From Francisella tularensis subsp. holarctica (GTDB lineage: Bacteria > Pseudomonadota > Gammaproteobacteria > Francisellales > CACEW01), in NCBI GenBank assembly GCA_945860585.1, contig CAMARA010000003.1, positions 368 through 64,367 on the forward strand: 64,000 nucleotides of DNA. The letters run 5' to 3'. How positions within the stretch are numbered: position 1 is the first letter of the stretch; every line of letters starts with the position of its first letter. The translations under genes were made by a program, and so were the position numbers. Under the pieces are notes generated by a model. That model saw nothing but the letters and a program-made list of their open reading frames with translations. It ran no database searches and was not told the origin of the DNA. Shown piece by piece: positions 24,921 through 35,259 of this stretch.

Positions 24921-26492
24921 CTAAAACCGATCCGCTTGGGCTTGATCCCAGGCTTTCTGATAGCGTTCGGGGACATTGCCGGTGAGGAAGCAACCCATGT
25001 CCACCGGCGTATAAATTTCCGCAAAGGTTTTCACTGTATTCACATCGAGACGACGATAGATTTGATCCCGGTGTAATTCGCTGGGATTCTGGAGGCCCAT
25101 TGCACCGATGATTTCGAGAAAGCTATGCAGTGTGACATCATGGAAATTCGCAACCCGATGTTTTTTATCATCCACGACCAGTGCTTTTTGCAGGCGTTTG
25201 TCTTGTGTGGCGACACCCGTGGGGCAGGTATTGGTATTGCATTGCATGGATTGAATGCAGCCGGTCGCCATCATCATTGGGCGCGCCATATTGCAGATAT
25301 CCGCACCGATGGCCATTTTGGTGACCATATCAAAACCTGTCGCGATTTTTCCCGATGCGGCAATGCGAATTTTATCGCGCAGGCCAATGCCACGCAAAGC
25401 ATTGTCAACAAACTGCAGTGCTGCCTGGAGAGGCGTGCCGACGTGATTGACAAACTCAACCGGCGCTGCACCCGTTCCACCTTCGGCGCCATCCACGGTA
25501 ATAAAATCAGGGTAAATGCCCGTCGTCAGCATGGCCTTACACATGGCAAAAAATTCATGATGGCGACCCAGGCATAGTTTGATGCCGACGGGTTTGCCAT
25601 TGCAGAGATCACGGAGTTTTTGAATAAAGTGCATCATTTCCGTGGGGCCGTTAAAGGCAGAGTGTTTGCCGGGAGACAGCACATCATGCCCCAGTGGCGC
25701 TTTGCGGATTGCCGCAATTTCTGGGGTGAGTTTGGCCGCGGGCAAAATACCGCCATGCGAGGGTTTTGCCCCTTGAGAGAGTTTAAGCTCAATCATTTTA
25801 ACTTCTGGACGATTGGCTTCTTTCGCAAATTCTTCAGGTGCAAAATGACCGGCCTCATCCCGGCAGCCAAAATAACCGGTGCCGATTTGCCAGATGATAT
25901 CGCCGCCCTGGAGATGATACGGACTCAATCCGCCTTCTCCGGTCGCTTGCGCAAAATTGCCGATTTTCGCACCGAGATTCATCGCCATGACCGCATTGGC
26001 TGAAAGGGCGCCGAAGCTCATCCCTGAAATATTGAGACGTGAAGAGGAGTAGGGCTGGGTGCAGAGATCACTGCCGACCATAATACGCGGCTCGACTTCT
26101 GCGGGTTTCAGTGCATTCATGGAGTGAAGCGTCCATTCATAGCCCACTGCCAGAATATCACGCTGGGTCCCGAAAGGAATGGTGTCGCGCACATTCTTGG
26201 AGCGCTCGTAAATCAGGGTGCGGGTTTCGCGATCGTAGGGGCGTTCTTCTTGATCGCCGGCAATAAAATATTGACGAATCTCCGGGCGAATAAATTCAAG
26301 GACGTAACGAATATGCCCTAGAACGGGAAAGTTACGCAGAATCGCATGCTTTTTTTGAACAATATCATGTAAATAAATGACCGCGAGGGGAATGATCACG
26401 ACGCAGAACCAGTCCATGCGATTAAACATTACGAGAAAAAGAAAGATGCTTAAGAGGACCAGTCCGAAAGCATAATAGAAATTATTCCGCAT
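24921..26492 (-). CDS. FMN-binding glutamate synthase family protein (GltB domain-2-like)
   Basis: 523 aa with N-terminal TM helices, then ISGMSFGALS, ITVDGAEGGTGAAP and GKIATGFD motifs typical of the glutamate-synthase FMN domain family. Confidence 0.85.
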   Translation of the reverse strand: MRNNFYYAFGLVLLSIFLFLVMFNRMDWFCVVIIPLAVIYLHDIVQKKHAILRNFPVLGHIRYVLEFIRPEIRQYFIAGDQEERPYDRETRTLIYERSKNVRDTIPFGTQRDILAVGYEWTLHSMNALKPAEVEPRIMVGSDLCTQPYSSSRLNISGMSFGALSANAVMAMNLGAKIGNFAQATGEGGLSPYHLQGGDIIWQIGTGYFGCRDEAGHFAPEEFAKEANRPEVKMIELKLSQGAKPSHGGILPAAKLTPEIAAIRKAPLGHDVLSPGKHSAFNGPTEMMHFIQKLRDLCNGKPVGIKLCLGRHHEFFAMCKAMLTTGIYPDFITVDGAEGGTGAAPVEFVNHVGTPLQAALQFVDNALRGIGLRDKIRIAASGKIATGFDMVTKMAIGADICNMARPMMMATGCIQSMQCNTNTCPTGVATQDKRLQKALVVDDKKHRVANFHDVTLHSFLEIIGAMGLQNPSELHRDQIYRRLDVNTVKTFAEIYTPVDMGCFLTGNVPERYQKAWDQAQADRF

Positions 26493-26510
26493 GGTGAGTC
26501 CTTGTATGGG

Positions 26511-27920
26511 TTAAAGGCTATAGTATAACTTAAATTCGAGCGGGTGGGTGGTGCAGTTTAATTCTGTGACTTCAGCGCGCTTGATTTGGATATATGCATC
26601 CAGCATTTCCTGGCTGAAGACGTCTCCCTGCCGCAAGAAGGCGTGGTCTTTTTGCAGTGCATCTAAAGCCGCTTCAAGAGAATGCGCAACTTTAGGAATT
26701 TTGGCTTGCTCTGCTGCGGATAGCTCATAGAGATCGTGATCACTGGGTGCGCCTGGATAAATGCGCTTCGCAATGCCATCCATGCCTGCCATTAGCATGG
26801 CGCTGAAGGCGAGATAAGGATTGGCGCAGGGATCGGGGAAGCGCACTTCAATGCGACGCCCTTTTTCATTTTGTGAGAAGGGAATGCGAATCGAGGCAGA
26901 GCGGTTACAGCTGGAATAAGCAAGTAAAACCGGGGCCTCAAAGCCCGGAACCAAGCGTTTATAGCTATTGGTCGTCGGATTGGTAAAGGCATTTAAGGCC
27001 TGGGCATGATGGATAATCCCGCCAATAAAAAAGAGGGCTGTTTCAGACAAATGCCCATATTCATCGCCGGCAAATAAATTTTTACCATTGAGGCTAAGCG
27101 ACTGGTGGCAATGCATGCCGGAACCATTATCGCCCACGATTGGTTTGGGCATGAAGGTCGCAGTTTTGCCATGGCGATGCGCCACATTGTGCACGATATA
27201 TTTGAAGAGTTGAATCTCATCGGCTTTTTGCGTGAGGGTATTGCAAGCCGTGGCAATTTCGTTTTGATTGCCGGTGGCCACTTCATGATGATGTGCCTCT
27301 ACTGGAATGCCCGCTGCTTCCAAGAGCACACACATTTCTGAACGCAAATTATGCGCAGAATCAACAGGTGGAACCGGAAAATAGCCGCCTTTGACTTGCG
27401 GGCGATGCCCCTGATTGCCGCCCCGATAATCTGCATCGGAATTCCAGGCTGCTTCGGAGGAATCAACGCTATAGCTGGCGCCATGCATATCCACTTGCCA
27501 TTTGACTTCATCAAAAATGAAAAATTCAGGTTCCGGACCTACAATAAAAGCATCCGCCAAGCCAGTTTTTTTGAGGAATGCTTCTGCGCGTTTGGCAATA
27601 GAGCGAGGGTCTCGATCATATCCCTGCATCGTCTGTGGATCAATGACATCGCAGCGGAGGATTAAAGTCGGCACATCGCTGAAAGGGTCCAGGCAAAATA
27701 AGCTTTCTGCATCAGGCAGTAAGAGCATGTCTGAGTCATTAATAGCGCGCCAACCTTGAATAGAGGAGCCATCAAAAGTCTTGCCTTGTTCAAAAAATCG
27801 GGCATCTACCACATGAGCAGGCACTGTTACATGATGCTCTTTGCCTTTGGTATCGGTGAAACGGAGGTCAACAAATTGAATTGCGTGTTTTTTTATAAAT
27901 TCTAATACAGTATTAGACAT
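26511..27920 (-). CDS. glnA: Glutamine synthetase type I
   Basis: 469 aa. [42 protein letters not shown] and [13 protein letters not shown] are canonical GlnA motifs, including the adenylylation-loop region. Confidence 0.95.
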   Translation of the reverse strand: MSNTVLEFIKKHAIQFVDLRFTDTKGKEHHVTVPAHVVDARFFEQGKTFDGSSIQGWRAINDSDMLLLPDAESLFCLDPFSDVPTLILRCDVIDPQTMQGYDRDPRSIAKRAEAFLKKTGLADAFIVGPEPEFFIFDEVKWQVDMHGASYSVDSSEAAWNSDADYRGGNQGHRPQVKGGYFPVPPVDSAHNLRSEMCVLLEAAGIPVEAHHHEVATGNQNEIATACNTLTQKADEIQLFKYIVHNVAHRHGKTATFMPKPIVGDNGSGMHCHQSLSLNGKNLFAGDEYGHLSETALFFIGGIIHHAQALNAFTNPTTNSYKRLVPGFEAPVLLAYSSCNRSASIRIPFSQNEKGRRIEVRFPDPCANPYLAFSAMLMAGMDGIAKRIYPGAPSDHDLYELSAAEQAKIPKVAHSLEAALDALQKDHAFLRQGDVFSQEMLDAYIQIKRAEVTELNCTTHPLEFKLYYSL

Positions 27921-28002
27921 AGGGCGCTCATAAGCTTAGATTGAAAACAATAAGATACAATAGCAAAATGGTAGAAAACTGCAAGAGGGGGAAGCTGATT
28001 TT

Positions 28003-29469
28003 TTACACTTGGGGCACAATATAGCTGTGTTCGCTCATGAGGTGTGTGAGTTTGCGTACACAGAACAGTACCATCAAACCAGCCAGCACTGCTCCGAGGC
28101 CGACGCCTAAAAATGTTTTGTAATAAATTGGGTTGCTGACCGCAAGGGGAACCGCAGTTTGGGGGAGGTTCGGTATGATGGCAATATAGCCCGCCAGGAC
28201 GCCGCCGACGCCTGTTGCCAATTGCCAAAAGCCCATCATCAATCCTTCTTCGCCCTCCGGCGCCAGGCTGCCGACCATGGAAATGCCGAGCGGGCTGACC
28301 AGTAATTCCGCCGTGGCAAAAATCGCATACGCAATGACAATATCATGGGCTGGCATCAGGGTGTTTTTGTGGAGTGTCACCATCCATGCCAAATAGGCAA
28401 AGCCCAGCCCGATTAAAATTAAAGACGCTGCAAATTTCAGGGCCAAGGGCGGGTTTTTGTTTTTCATGCTTAAATAAAACCAGACGCGACTTAAAACCAG
28501 TCCCACCAGAATGACAAATACGCCATCAAACGCAAAGAAAGACGAGGCGGGAAGATTGATGCCAAGGAAGTGGGTATCGACATTGGTATCGATAAAAACG
28601 GATAAAAAAGAAGGTTCCAGCGAATAGAGAATCCAAAACACCACAGAAATGACCGCCAGGAAAATAAAGGCCAGTAGGCGATTGCGTTGTTGTTTGTTAT
28701 CAAGACGAAGTGCCTTGGTGAACAGCCAGCCCACACTCCCTGCCATCAGTATCAACATCAAGGCATTGTTGAGGCTTAGGTGATTAAATAAAGCCAGGGC
28801 AAGCGGTGTACCAATGAGGATCGTGCCACATAAAGCGGCGTAGATTTTTTTTCTGGACCAGGAAACTTGTGCAGCAATGCTGCGTCCCTTGTGCGAAGAA
28901 GTATGGCGACTATAAAATTGGAGGAGGCAATAAGATAAGATGAGGCAGGCCGTATCCAAGCCAAACTCTAAGCCAAAGCCAAATTTTTCAGCCAGCGCGC
29001 TGCCACCAAAAATACCAACGACCGCCCCTAAATTAAAGAAGAGATAAAATAAAGTGAACCCTGCCTCGCGCAGTGGACTGTCTTTGGTATAGCAATGATC
29101 GACCATGCACCAAACCGCCGGAGTGGCCAGCGCATTTCCCACGACAAACAGAGCCAGGCCCAGATATAAGGCGTGAACGCTATTGAGACAAAATGCCGCC
29201 ATGCCCAGCGCGCAAACAAGAACGCCCACGCGCGCAGCCGGCCCATAGCCCCATTTCCCCGCCAGATACCCGCCCACCAAAGGCAGAATCCACAGCAGGG
29301 CCATGGCTGCAGCAAAAACCCCAAATGCCGTATTGTTATCCATATGCAGTTGTTGGGTTTGATACAGTGTCAGCGAAGCCAAGATTCCCGCAAAAGCCGC
29401 CATAAATAAAGTATAGCAAAGTGTCAGTGGAGTCAGCGCGCGTGGATGTTTAAGTGGCGTAGATGTCAT
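28003..29469 (-). CDS. POT/PTR2-family proton-dependent di/tripeptide transporter (MFS)
   Basis: 488 aa and multi-spanning. VGGYLAGKWGYGPA matches the POT signature GGxLADxxxG, with an FYLFFNLGA-type second motif. Confidence 0.85.
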   Translation of the reverse strand: MTSTPLKHPRALTPLTLCYTLFMAAFAGILASLTLYQTQQLHMDNNTAFGVFAAAMALLWILPLVGGYLAGKWGYGPAARVGVLVCALGMAAFCLNSVHALYLGLALFVVGNALATPAVWCMVDHCYTKDSPLREAGFTLFYLFFNLGAVVGIFGGSALAEKFGFGLEFGLDTACLILSYCLLQFYSRHTSSHKGRSIAAQVSWSRKKIYAALCGTILIGTPLALALFNHLSLNNALMLILMAGSVGWLFTKALRLDNKQQRNRLLAFIFLAVISVVFWILYSLEPSFLSVFIDTNVDTHFLGINLPASSFFAFDGVFVILVGLVLSRVWFYLSMKNKNPPLALKFAASLILIGLGFAYLAWMVTLHKNTLMPAHDIVIAYAIFATAELLVSPLGISMVGSLAPEGEEGLMMGFWQLATGVGGVLAGYIAIIPNLPQTAVPLAVSNPIYYKTFLGVGLGAVLAGLMVLFCVRKLTHLMSEHSYIVPQV

Positions 29470-29534
29470 AAAAATTATATCTTTCTGTTCTGGTGATTAG
29501 AAATTATAACAAAGTTAGGTGTCGGGCGCAATCT

Positions 29535-29897
29535 TTAAGTTTTTGTAAAATAGCGCTGAACTTGGCTGTCTGCAGTTTGTATTAAGAGGCGTTCACTGAT
29601 TGCCTGCGCAATCAGTGAGCGGTCAAATGGATCTCGGTGATGCCAGGGTAATTTTAGTAATTGGGTTAGATGTGTTTGTTTGAGTGGTAGCATTTCAAAA
29701 CCTGCTAATTCAATTGCTTCAGGCATGTGAGCAAAATCAAGTTCCAGTTTTTGAATGCTCACCTTAATCGCGCATTCCCATAAAGAGGCTATGCTGACAA
29801 AAACATGGTCCGCATCAAAAATTATGCTGCGTATTGATGGCGGTAGTCTCGGATCTTGATGGAGTGCCCAAATCAGGACATGTGTGTCCAGAAGAAT
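29535..29897 (-). CDS. vapC: PIN-domain VapC-like toxin without a canonical start codon (possibly ATT-initiated or decaying)
   Basis: My own translation of the minus strand gives (N)ILLDTHVLIWALHQDPRLPPSIRSIIFDADHVFVSIASLWECAIKVSIQKLELDF...PWHHRDPFDRSLIAQAISERLLIQTAD. This is a full PIN domain. The frame is open only back to the TGA at 29927-29925, and it contains no ATG/GTG/TTG before GTG 29762. Confidence 0.6.
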   Translation of the reverse strand: MLLDTHVLIWALHQDPRLPPSIRSIIFDADHVFVSIASLWECAIKVSIQKLELDFAHMPEAIELAGFEMLPLKQTHLTQLLKLPWHHRDPFDRSLIAQAISERLLIQTADSQVQRYFTKT

Positions 29898-30142
29898 GTT
29901 AAATGTTTTTTTCCATAAAAAGCATCAAGCAGTGCTTGGGGGAGCGGGGCGTCAAAGTCGCTAGCAACTGTAACCTTTCCTTTTAGTGTTCCAAGGCGAC
30001 GTGGTTTTTTTTCTTGGGTAATGGCGGACATTTTAACTAAGGGGCGTCCTGCTTTAGCAATTACTACCTCTTCTCCTGCCAGAACAGACTGGATGAGTCG
30101 TGAAAAATGCGTTTTTGCTTCATGAATATTCAATGTTTGCAT
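29873..30142 (-). CDS. Phd/YefM-family antitoxin
   Basis: MQTLNIHEAKTHFSRLIQSVLAGEEVVIAKAGRPLVKM is the classic Phd/YefM N-terminus. It lies directly upstream of the PIN toxin and overlaps it. Confidence 0.85.
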   Translation of the reverse strand: MQTLNIHEAKTHFSRLIQSVLAGEEVVIAKAGRPLVKMSAITQEKKPRRLGTLKGKVTVASDFDAPLPQALLDAFYGKKHLTFFWTHMS

Positions 30143-30240
30143 GGCTTTTCCCTTGCTGTGTTGATTGCTCTAATTTAACATGCGGGTTAAGTTTAGTCAA
30201 GTTTGTTTTCTGTCCTGAGTAAAAAGGTGCAAAATAATAC

Positions 30241-30269
30241 TTGCATCTCTTCTTTATTGAGAGTAGAAT
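30241..30269 (+). promoter_or_regulatory. Putative sigma70 promoter of metY-rimP-nusA-infB-rbfA
   Basis: TTGCAT (30241-30246), a 17-nt spacer, then TAGAAT (30264-30269), 16 nt upstream of the tRNA 5' end. Confidence 0.55.
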
Positions 30270-30285
30270 CATGTTCACAGTTGAT

Positions 30286-30362
<77 letters not shown>

Positions 30363-30424
30363 ATTTTTAAGAAGAATTCTAAGAGGCCCCTTGATTGGGG
30401 TTTTTTATTTTTTTGGGGGAAGGG

Positions 30425-30871
30425 ATGCGTCAGGATTTACTGGATTTGATTAGGCCGATCGTTGAAGATCTGGGCTTTGTTTTGTGGGGGGTGGAATTCA
30501 AGCCCGCTGCGGGGGGCGGCAGTGTGCTGCGTGTTTTCATTGATAAAGAAACAGGGATTGTGATTGAGGACTGTGAAGTCGTGAGTCGTCAATTAAGTCG
30601 TGTTTTAGATGTCGAAGATCCTATTATTGAAGAGTATGTTTTGGAAGTGTCATCGCCCGGGCTGAGTCCGACTTTGTTTTTTACGGATCAATATGCGCAT
30701 TTTTGTGGCGAAGTGATTCAGCTCAAAACGCACATGGCAGTTGAAGGACAGAAAAATTTCAAGGGTGAATTGAAAAAAGTAAATAAGGATTCGATTGAAA
30801 TAGAAGATCGTGCTAGAATAGTGTGCATTCATTTTGATAATATTGCGAAAGCAAATGTCGTGGGATTTTAG
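30425..30871 (+). CDS. rimP: Ribosome maturation factor RimP
   Basis: MRQDLLDLIRPIVEDLGFVLWGVEF...LEVSSPGL, positioned between metY and nusA. Confidence 0.9.
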   Translation: MRQDLLDLIRPIVEDLGFVLWGVEFKPAAGGGSVLRVFIDKETGIVIEDCEVVSRQLSRVLDVEDPIIEEYVLEVSSPGLSPTLFFTDQYAHFCGEVIQLKTHMAVEGQKNFKGELKKVNKDSIEIEDRARIVCIHFDNIAKANVVGF

Positions 30872-30882
30872 AGGGGGGTGAA

Positions 30883-32358
30883 ATGAGTAAGGAATTATTG
30901 TTAGTCGTGGAGGCAGTTGCCAACGAGAAAGATGTAGATCGGGAAATTATTTTTGAGGCCATGGAGCAGGCGTTAGCGATGGCGACCAAAAAAAGACACG
31001 GCGTGGAAATGGACGTCCGCGTTGATTTAAATCGCAAGACGGGTGAGTATCTCAGCTATCGGCGCTGGTTGGTGCTCGAAGATGAACAAGAATTAGAAGA
31101 TGCGCTTACGCAAATTCACTTCACCGAAGCGCGTCAAAATCATGCCAATGCAGAAGTGGGTCAGCATGTTGAAGAGTTGATTCCTTCGATTGAATTCGGG
31201 CGGATTGCCGCTCAGACCGCGCGGAATGTGATTATGCAGAAAATTCGTGAAGCAGAACGGGATAAATTAGTAGCGTTATTTAAAGGGCGGATTGGCGAGC
31301 TGATTTTTGCCAGTGTAAAACGCGTCACGCGGGATCTCATCGTCGTGGATCTTGGCGAGCATGCTGAAGGCATTATGCCGCGCACCGAAATGATTCCTCG
31401 CGAAGTTTACAAGGTAGGGGATCGGGTGCGTGCTTATTTGAAAGAGGTAAGTGTGGATCAGCGTGGACATCAAATTATTTTAAGTCGTACCTGTCCAGAG
31501 ATGTTGATTGAATTGATGCGTTTGGAAATTCCAGAAGTGTCCGAACAAGTGATTGAGATTAAAAAAGCCGTGCGTGATCCTGGTATGCGCGCTAAAGTAG
31601 CGGTCAAAACCTATGATAGTCGTGTGGATCCAGTCGGAGCCTGTGTCGGTATGCGTGGTTCGCGAATTCAAGCGGTCACCAATGAATTGGCGGGTGAGCG
31701 CATTGATGTGATCGTTTTTGATGATAATCCAGTGCAGTTTGTTATCAATGCCTTGGCGCCTGCAGAGATTGTCTCAGTGATGATGGATGAAGAGAATCAT
31801 GTGATGGATGTGGCCGTTCCCGAAGATCAACTGTCGCTTGCGATTGGTCGTGGCGGGCAGAATGTCCGTTTGGCAGGTCAGTTAACGGGTTGGCGTTTGA
31901 ATGTCATGGCTGAAAATGATGCCGCTGTGTCTGCGCAAAACAATACTGAGCAGCAACGTCAGGTGTTGATTGATGCTTTGGACATTGATGAAGATGTGGC
32001 CGATCTGTTTATTGCGGAAGGCTTTGTTTCTTTGGAAGAAATTGCCTATGTGCCGGTTCAGGAATTATTGGATCTGCAGGTTTTTGATGAAGAAGTCATT
32101 ATGGAATTGCGTGATCGGGCTAAAAATGCCTTGTTGGCGCGTGCGTTGACGGGCGGGGCGCCGGCGACCTTGGATCCACAAATTCTGGAATTAGACGGAA
32201 TGACGCAAGATGTGGCCACCCAGCTTTTTGAACGTGATATTAGCACGCGCGAAGAATTGGCGGAGCAGGCAGTCGATGATCTGATGGATATCCCAAATAT
32301 GACTGAAGAATTGGCAGGAAAAATCATTATGGCCGCGCGTCAGCATTGGTTTGAATAA
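30883..32358 (+). CDS. nusA: Transcription termination/antitermination factor NusA
   Basis: 491 aa with an N-terminal domain, S1, two KH domains (GMRGSRIQAV, IGRGGQNVRLA) and C-terminal acidic repeats. Confidence 0.95.
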   Translation: MSKELLLVVEAVANEKDVDREIIFEAMEQALAMATKKRHGVEMDVRVDLNRKTGEYLSYRRWLVLEDEQELEDALTQIHFTEARQNHANAEVGQHVEELIPSIEFGRIAAQTARNVIMQKIREAERDKLVALFKGRIGELIFASVKRVTRDLIVVDLGEHAEGIMPRTEMIPREVYKVGDRVRAYLKEVSVDQRGHQIILSRTCPEMLIELMRLEIPEVSEQVIEIKKAVRDPGMRAKVAVKTYDSRVDPVGACVGMRGSRIQAVTNELAGERIDVIVFDDNPVQFVINALAPAEIVSVMMDEENHVMDVAVPEDQLSLAIGRGGQNVRLAGQLTGWRLNVMAENDAAVSAQNNTEQQRQVLIDALDIDEDVADLFIAEGFVSLEEIAYVPVQELLDLQVFDEEVIMELRDRAKNALLARALTGGAPATLDPQILELDGMTQDVATQLFERDISTREELAEQAVDDLMDIPNMTEELAGKIIMAARQHWFE

Positions 32359-32380
32359 AGCGTAAAACTGGAGAATAAAA

Positions 32381-34852
32381 ATGGCTGATATTACTGTAAG
32401 CCAGTTGGCAAAAAGAGTGGGTTTGAGCGTAGAGGGCTTGTTGGCCAAGTTTCTTGAAGCCAAGCTGCCGCCTAAAACTGCAAATGATGTGGTGACCGAT
32501 GCTGAGCGCGAGAAGCTCCTCTCTTCGATGCAAAACCAGCAGCAGGCGCCTAAAAAAATCACTCTGACTTTGAAGAAAAAGCCTGAATTTGATCCGCGTG
32601 GACAGGTGCAGGTGGAAGTGCGTAAAAAACGTAGTTTTGTGATGCCGAGTTCGGAAATGATTCAGCAGATGGAATCAGAAGAGGCGAAGCGTCGTGAGCA
32701 GGAGCGTCTCCGTCATGAAGCAGAGCTGCAACGTCTTGAAGAAAAAAAACAAGCGGAGCTGATCAAAACAAAAGTGACGATTCAAAAAGAAAGCCCAGTG
32801 CCTGATGCTGAGCCTGCGGTGCCAGAATCAAGTGTGGTGCTGCCCCCACTCGATGCTGAGCTCAATCCAGTCGCGAAAGAGAAGCCCAAACATCACGATC
32901 ATCATTCCACAACTGAAAAAGTGGAAGTGGAAGATACAAAGCCTAAAAAGCCTAAGCTTAAAGGCGATGAAGAGCGGGGCACGCGCCATTTTAGCGTGGA
33001 TACGATTGATGCAGCAGATGAGGAGGAGTCACGTCCTGCATTTGTGATTAAGCGTCGTCGCAAGCCGCATGAGAAGCAACGCTCCTTCAAAACGACAGAA
33101 TTTATTGTACGTACCGTCGAAGTGCCTGAATCCATTACCGTGTCAGATCTAGCACAAAAAATGGCTGTCAAAGGCGTGGAAGTCATTAAATCACTCATGA
33201 AAATGGGCGTCATGGCGACGATTAATCAGGTGATTGATCAAGATACCGCAGTGCTGATTGCAGAAGAATTAGGCCATAAGGCGGTTGCGTTGAATGAAAA
33301 CGCGATTGAAGAAAATCTCATTGCGCATGTTGCAGAAGGAGATTTAAGCGCGCGTGCACCGGTCGTCACGATCATGGGGCATGTCGATCATGGTAAAACA
33401 TCGCTGCTCGATTATATTCGCCGTACCAAAGTGGCTGCAGGAGAGGCGGGCGGAATTACCCAACATATCGGCGCCTATCATGTGGAAACGCCCAAAGGGA
33501 TGATTACTTTTTTAGATACCCCAGGCCATGCCGCTTTTACAGCGATGCGGGCGCGCGGTGCACATTGTACAGATATCGTTATTTTGGTGATTGCTGCGGA
33601 TGATGGTGTCATGCCTCAAACCATTGAAGCAATTCAACATGCCAAAGCAGCGAAAGCACCTTTGATTGTGGCGATGACCAAAATCGATAAGCCCGGCGTG
33701 GATACAGAAAAACTCAAGCAGGCTTTAACGACCTATGAAATTGTCCCGGAAGAGTGGGGTGGTGAAAATTTATTTGTAGGTGTTTCCTCTAAAACGGGTG
33801 CAGGGGTAGATGATCTGCTGGATGCGATTTTGCTTCAGGCTGAAGTGTTGGAATTAAAAGCAGTGCGGAATTCTCCTGCGCGCGGAGTGGTTTTGGAATC
33901 GCGTTTAGATAAAGGCCGTGGTGTGGTGGCGAGTATTCTGGTGCAGAATGGCACCCTTAAAAAAGGGGATATTGTCTTGTCCGGCACCGAGTTCGGACGC
34001 GTCCGTGCTTTGTTTGATGAATTAGGTCATCCCGTCACAGAAGCAGGTCCGTCTATCCCCGTTGAAGTGTTGGGCCTCTCTGGATTGCCCAATGCCGGCG
34101 ATGCCGTGATGGTGCTGGAAGATGAGAAAAAGGCGCGTGAAGTAGCCTTGTTCCGCCAAGGGAAATACCGTGCCGTGCGGCTTAATCGTGAAGCTACGAA
34201 TTTGGAAAATCTGTTTGATCGGATTAAAGAAGGGGAAGTGAAATCGGTAAATCTGGTCTTGAAAACCGATGTGCAGGGTTCATTGGAAGCGCTAGTCGAG
34301 TCTCTCAATAAACTGTCCACCAGTGAAGTCAAAGTCAGTGTGATTGCGAGTGGAATCGGTGGGATTACAGAGTCAGACATCAATCTGGCCATGGCCTCCG
34401 GTGCGGTGGTACTGGGCTTTAATGTGCGTGCAGATGCTGCCGCCAAACAATTGGCTGAGCGTGAAAAAGTGGATCTGCGCTATTACAGCATTATTTATAA
34501 TTTATTGGATGAGATTAAGCATGCGATGTCCGGCATGTTATCTCCTGAAATTAGAGAAAGTATTATTGGCATTGCCGCCGTGCGTGAAGTCTTTAAATCG
34601 TCTAAGTTCGGAACGATTTCAGGCTGTATGGTGACGGAAGGCCTGATTAAACGTTCTAGCCCGATTCGTGTTTTGCGTGATAATGTCGTCATTTTTGAAG
34701 GTGCATTAGAATCGCTGCGACGCTTTAAAGATGATGCAGCAGAAGTGCGTCAAGGCATGGAGTGTGGTATTGGAGTCAAAAACTATCAAGATGTGCGTGT
34801 CGGCGACCAGATTGAAGTATATGAGCGCACTACGATTCAAAGAACTTTATAG
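32381..34852 (+). CDS. infB: Translation initiation factor IF-2
   Basis: 823 aa with [17 protein letters not shown] and TKIDK GTPase motifs and a charged N-terminal region. Confidence 0.95.
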   Translation: MADITVSQLAKRVGLSVEGLLAKFLEAKLPPKTANDVVTDAEREKLLSSMQNQQQAPKKITLTLKKKPEFDPRGQVQVEVRKKRSFVMPSSEMIQQMESEEAKRREQERLRHEAELQRLEEKKQAELIKTKVTIQKESPVPDAEPAVPESSVVLPPLDAELNPVAKEKPKHHDHHSTTEKVEVEDTKPKKPKLKGDEERGTRHFSVDTIDAADEEESRPAFVIKRRRKPHEKQRSFKTTEFIVRTVEVPESITVSDLAQKMAVKGVEVIKSLMKMGVMATINQVIDQDTAVLIAEELGHKAVALNENAIEENLIAHVAEGDLSARAPVVTIMGHVDHGKTSLLDYIRRTKVAAGEAGGITQHIGAYHVETPKGMITFLDTPGHAAFTAMRARGAHCTDIVILVIAADDGVMPQTIEAIQHAKAAKAPLIVAMTKIDKPGVDTEKLKQALTTYEIVPEEWGGENLFVGVSSKTGAGVDDLLDAILLQAEVLELKAVRNSPARGVVLESRLDKGRGVVASILVQNGTLKKGDIVLSGTEFGRVRALFDELGHPVTEAGPSIPVEVLGLSGLPNAGDAVMVLEDEKKAREVALFRQGKYRAVRLNREATNLENLFDRIKEGEVKSVNLVLKTDVQGSLEALVESLNKLSTSEVKVSVIASGIGGITESDINLAMASGAVVLGFNVRADAAAKQLAEREKVDLRYYSIIYNLLDEIKHAMSGMLSPEIRESIIGIAAVREVFKSSKFGTISGCMVTEGLIKRSSPIRVLRDNVVIFEGALESLRRFKDDAAEVRQGMECGIGVKNYQDVRVGDQIEVYERTTIQRTL

Positions 34853-34854
34853 GA

Positions 34855-35217
34855 TTGACTATGCCCGCAAAATCATCTCATCGCATGGAAAAAATCAACG
34901 ATGCCGTTCATCAAAATCTGGCCATGCTCTTATTGCGTGAGGTGAAAGATCCGCGTCTTCAGAAAATGACGATTTCGGGAGTGGAAGTGTCGCGTGACCT
35001 CAGTCATGCAAAAATTTTCTATGTTGCTCACAATCAAACAGAGAAACTAGGTATTGAACAAGCCCTAAAGTTAGCTAATGGTTTTTTGCGCGTCCGTTTG
35101 GCCAAGTTGTGTGATTTACGCATCATGCCGGAATTGCATTTTCATTATGATCCTTCTTTTGATGAAAGTGATAAAATTGGTGAATTATTGCGCCAGGCCT
35201 TGACTTCGCGTCCATAA
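34855..35217 (+). CDS. rbfA: Ribosome-binding factor A
   Basis: 120 aa. RMEKINDAVHQNLAMLLLREVKDPRL...ISGVEVSRDLSHAKIFY matches the RbfA family, and it follows infB. Confidence 0.9.
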   Translation: MTMPAKSSHRMEKINDAVHQNLAMLLLREVKDPRLQKMTISGVEVSRDLSHAKIFYVAHNQTEKLGIEQALKLANGFLRVRLAKLCDLRIMPELHFHYDPSFDESDKIGELLRQALTSRP

Positions 35218-35259
35218 TAGAATATTGTATGATCAGTTTAATTAAAATACTATCTGAGC

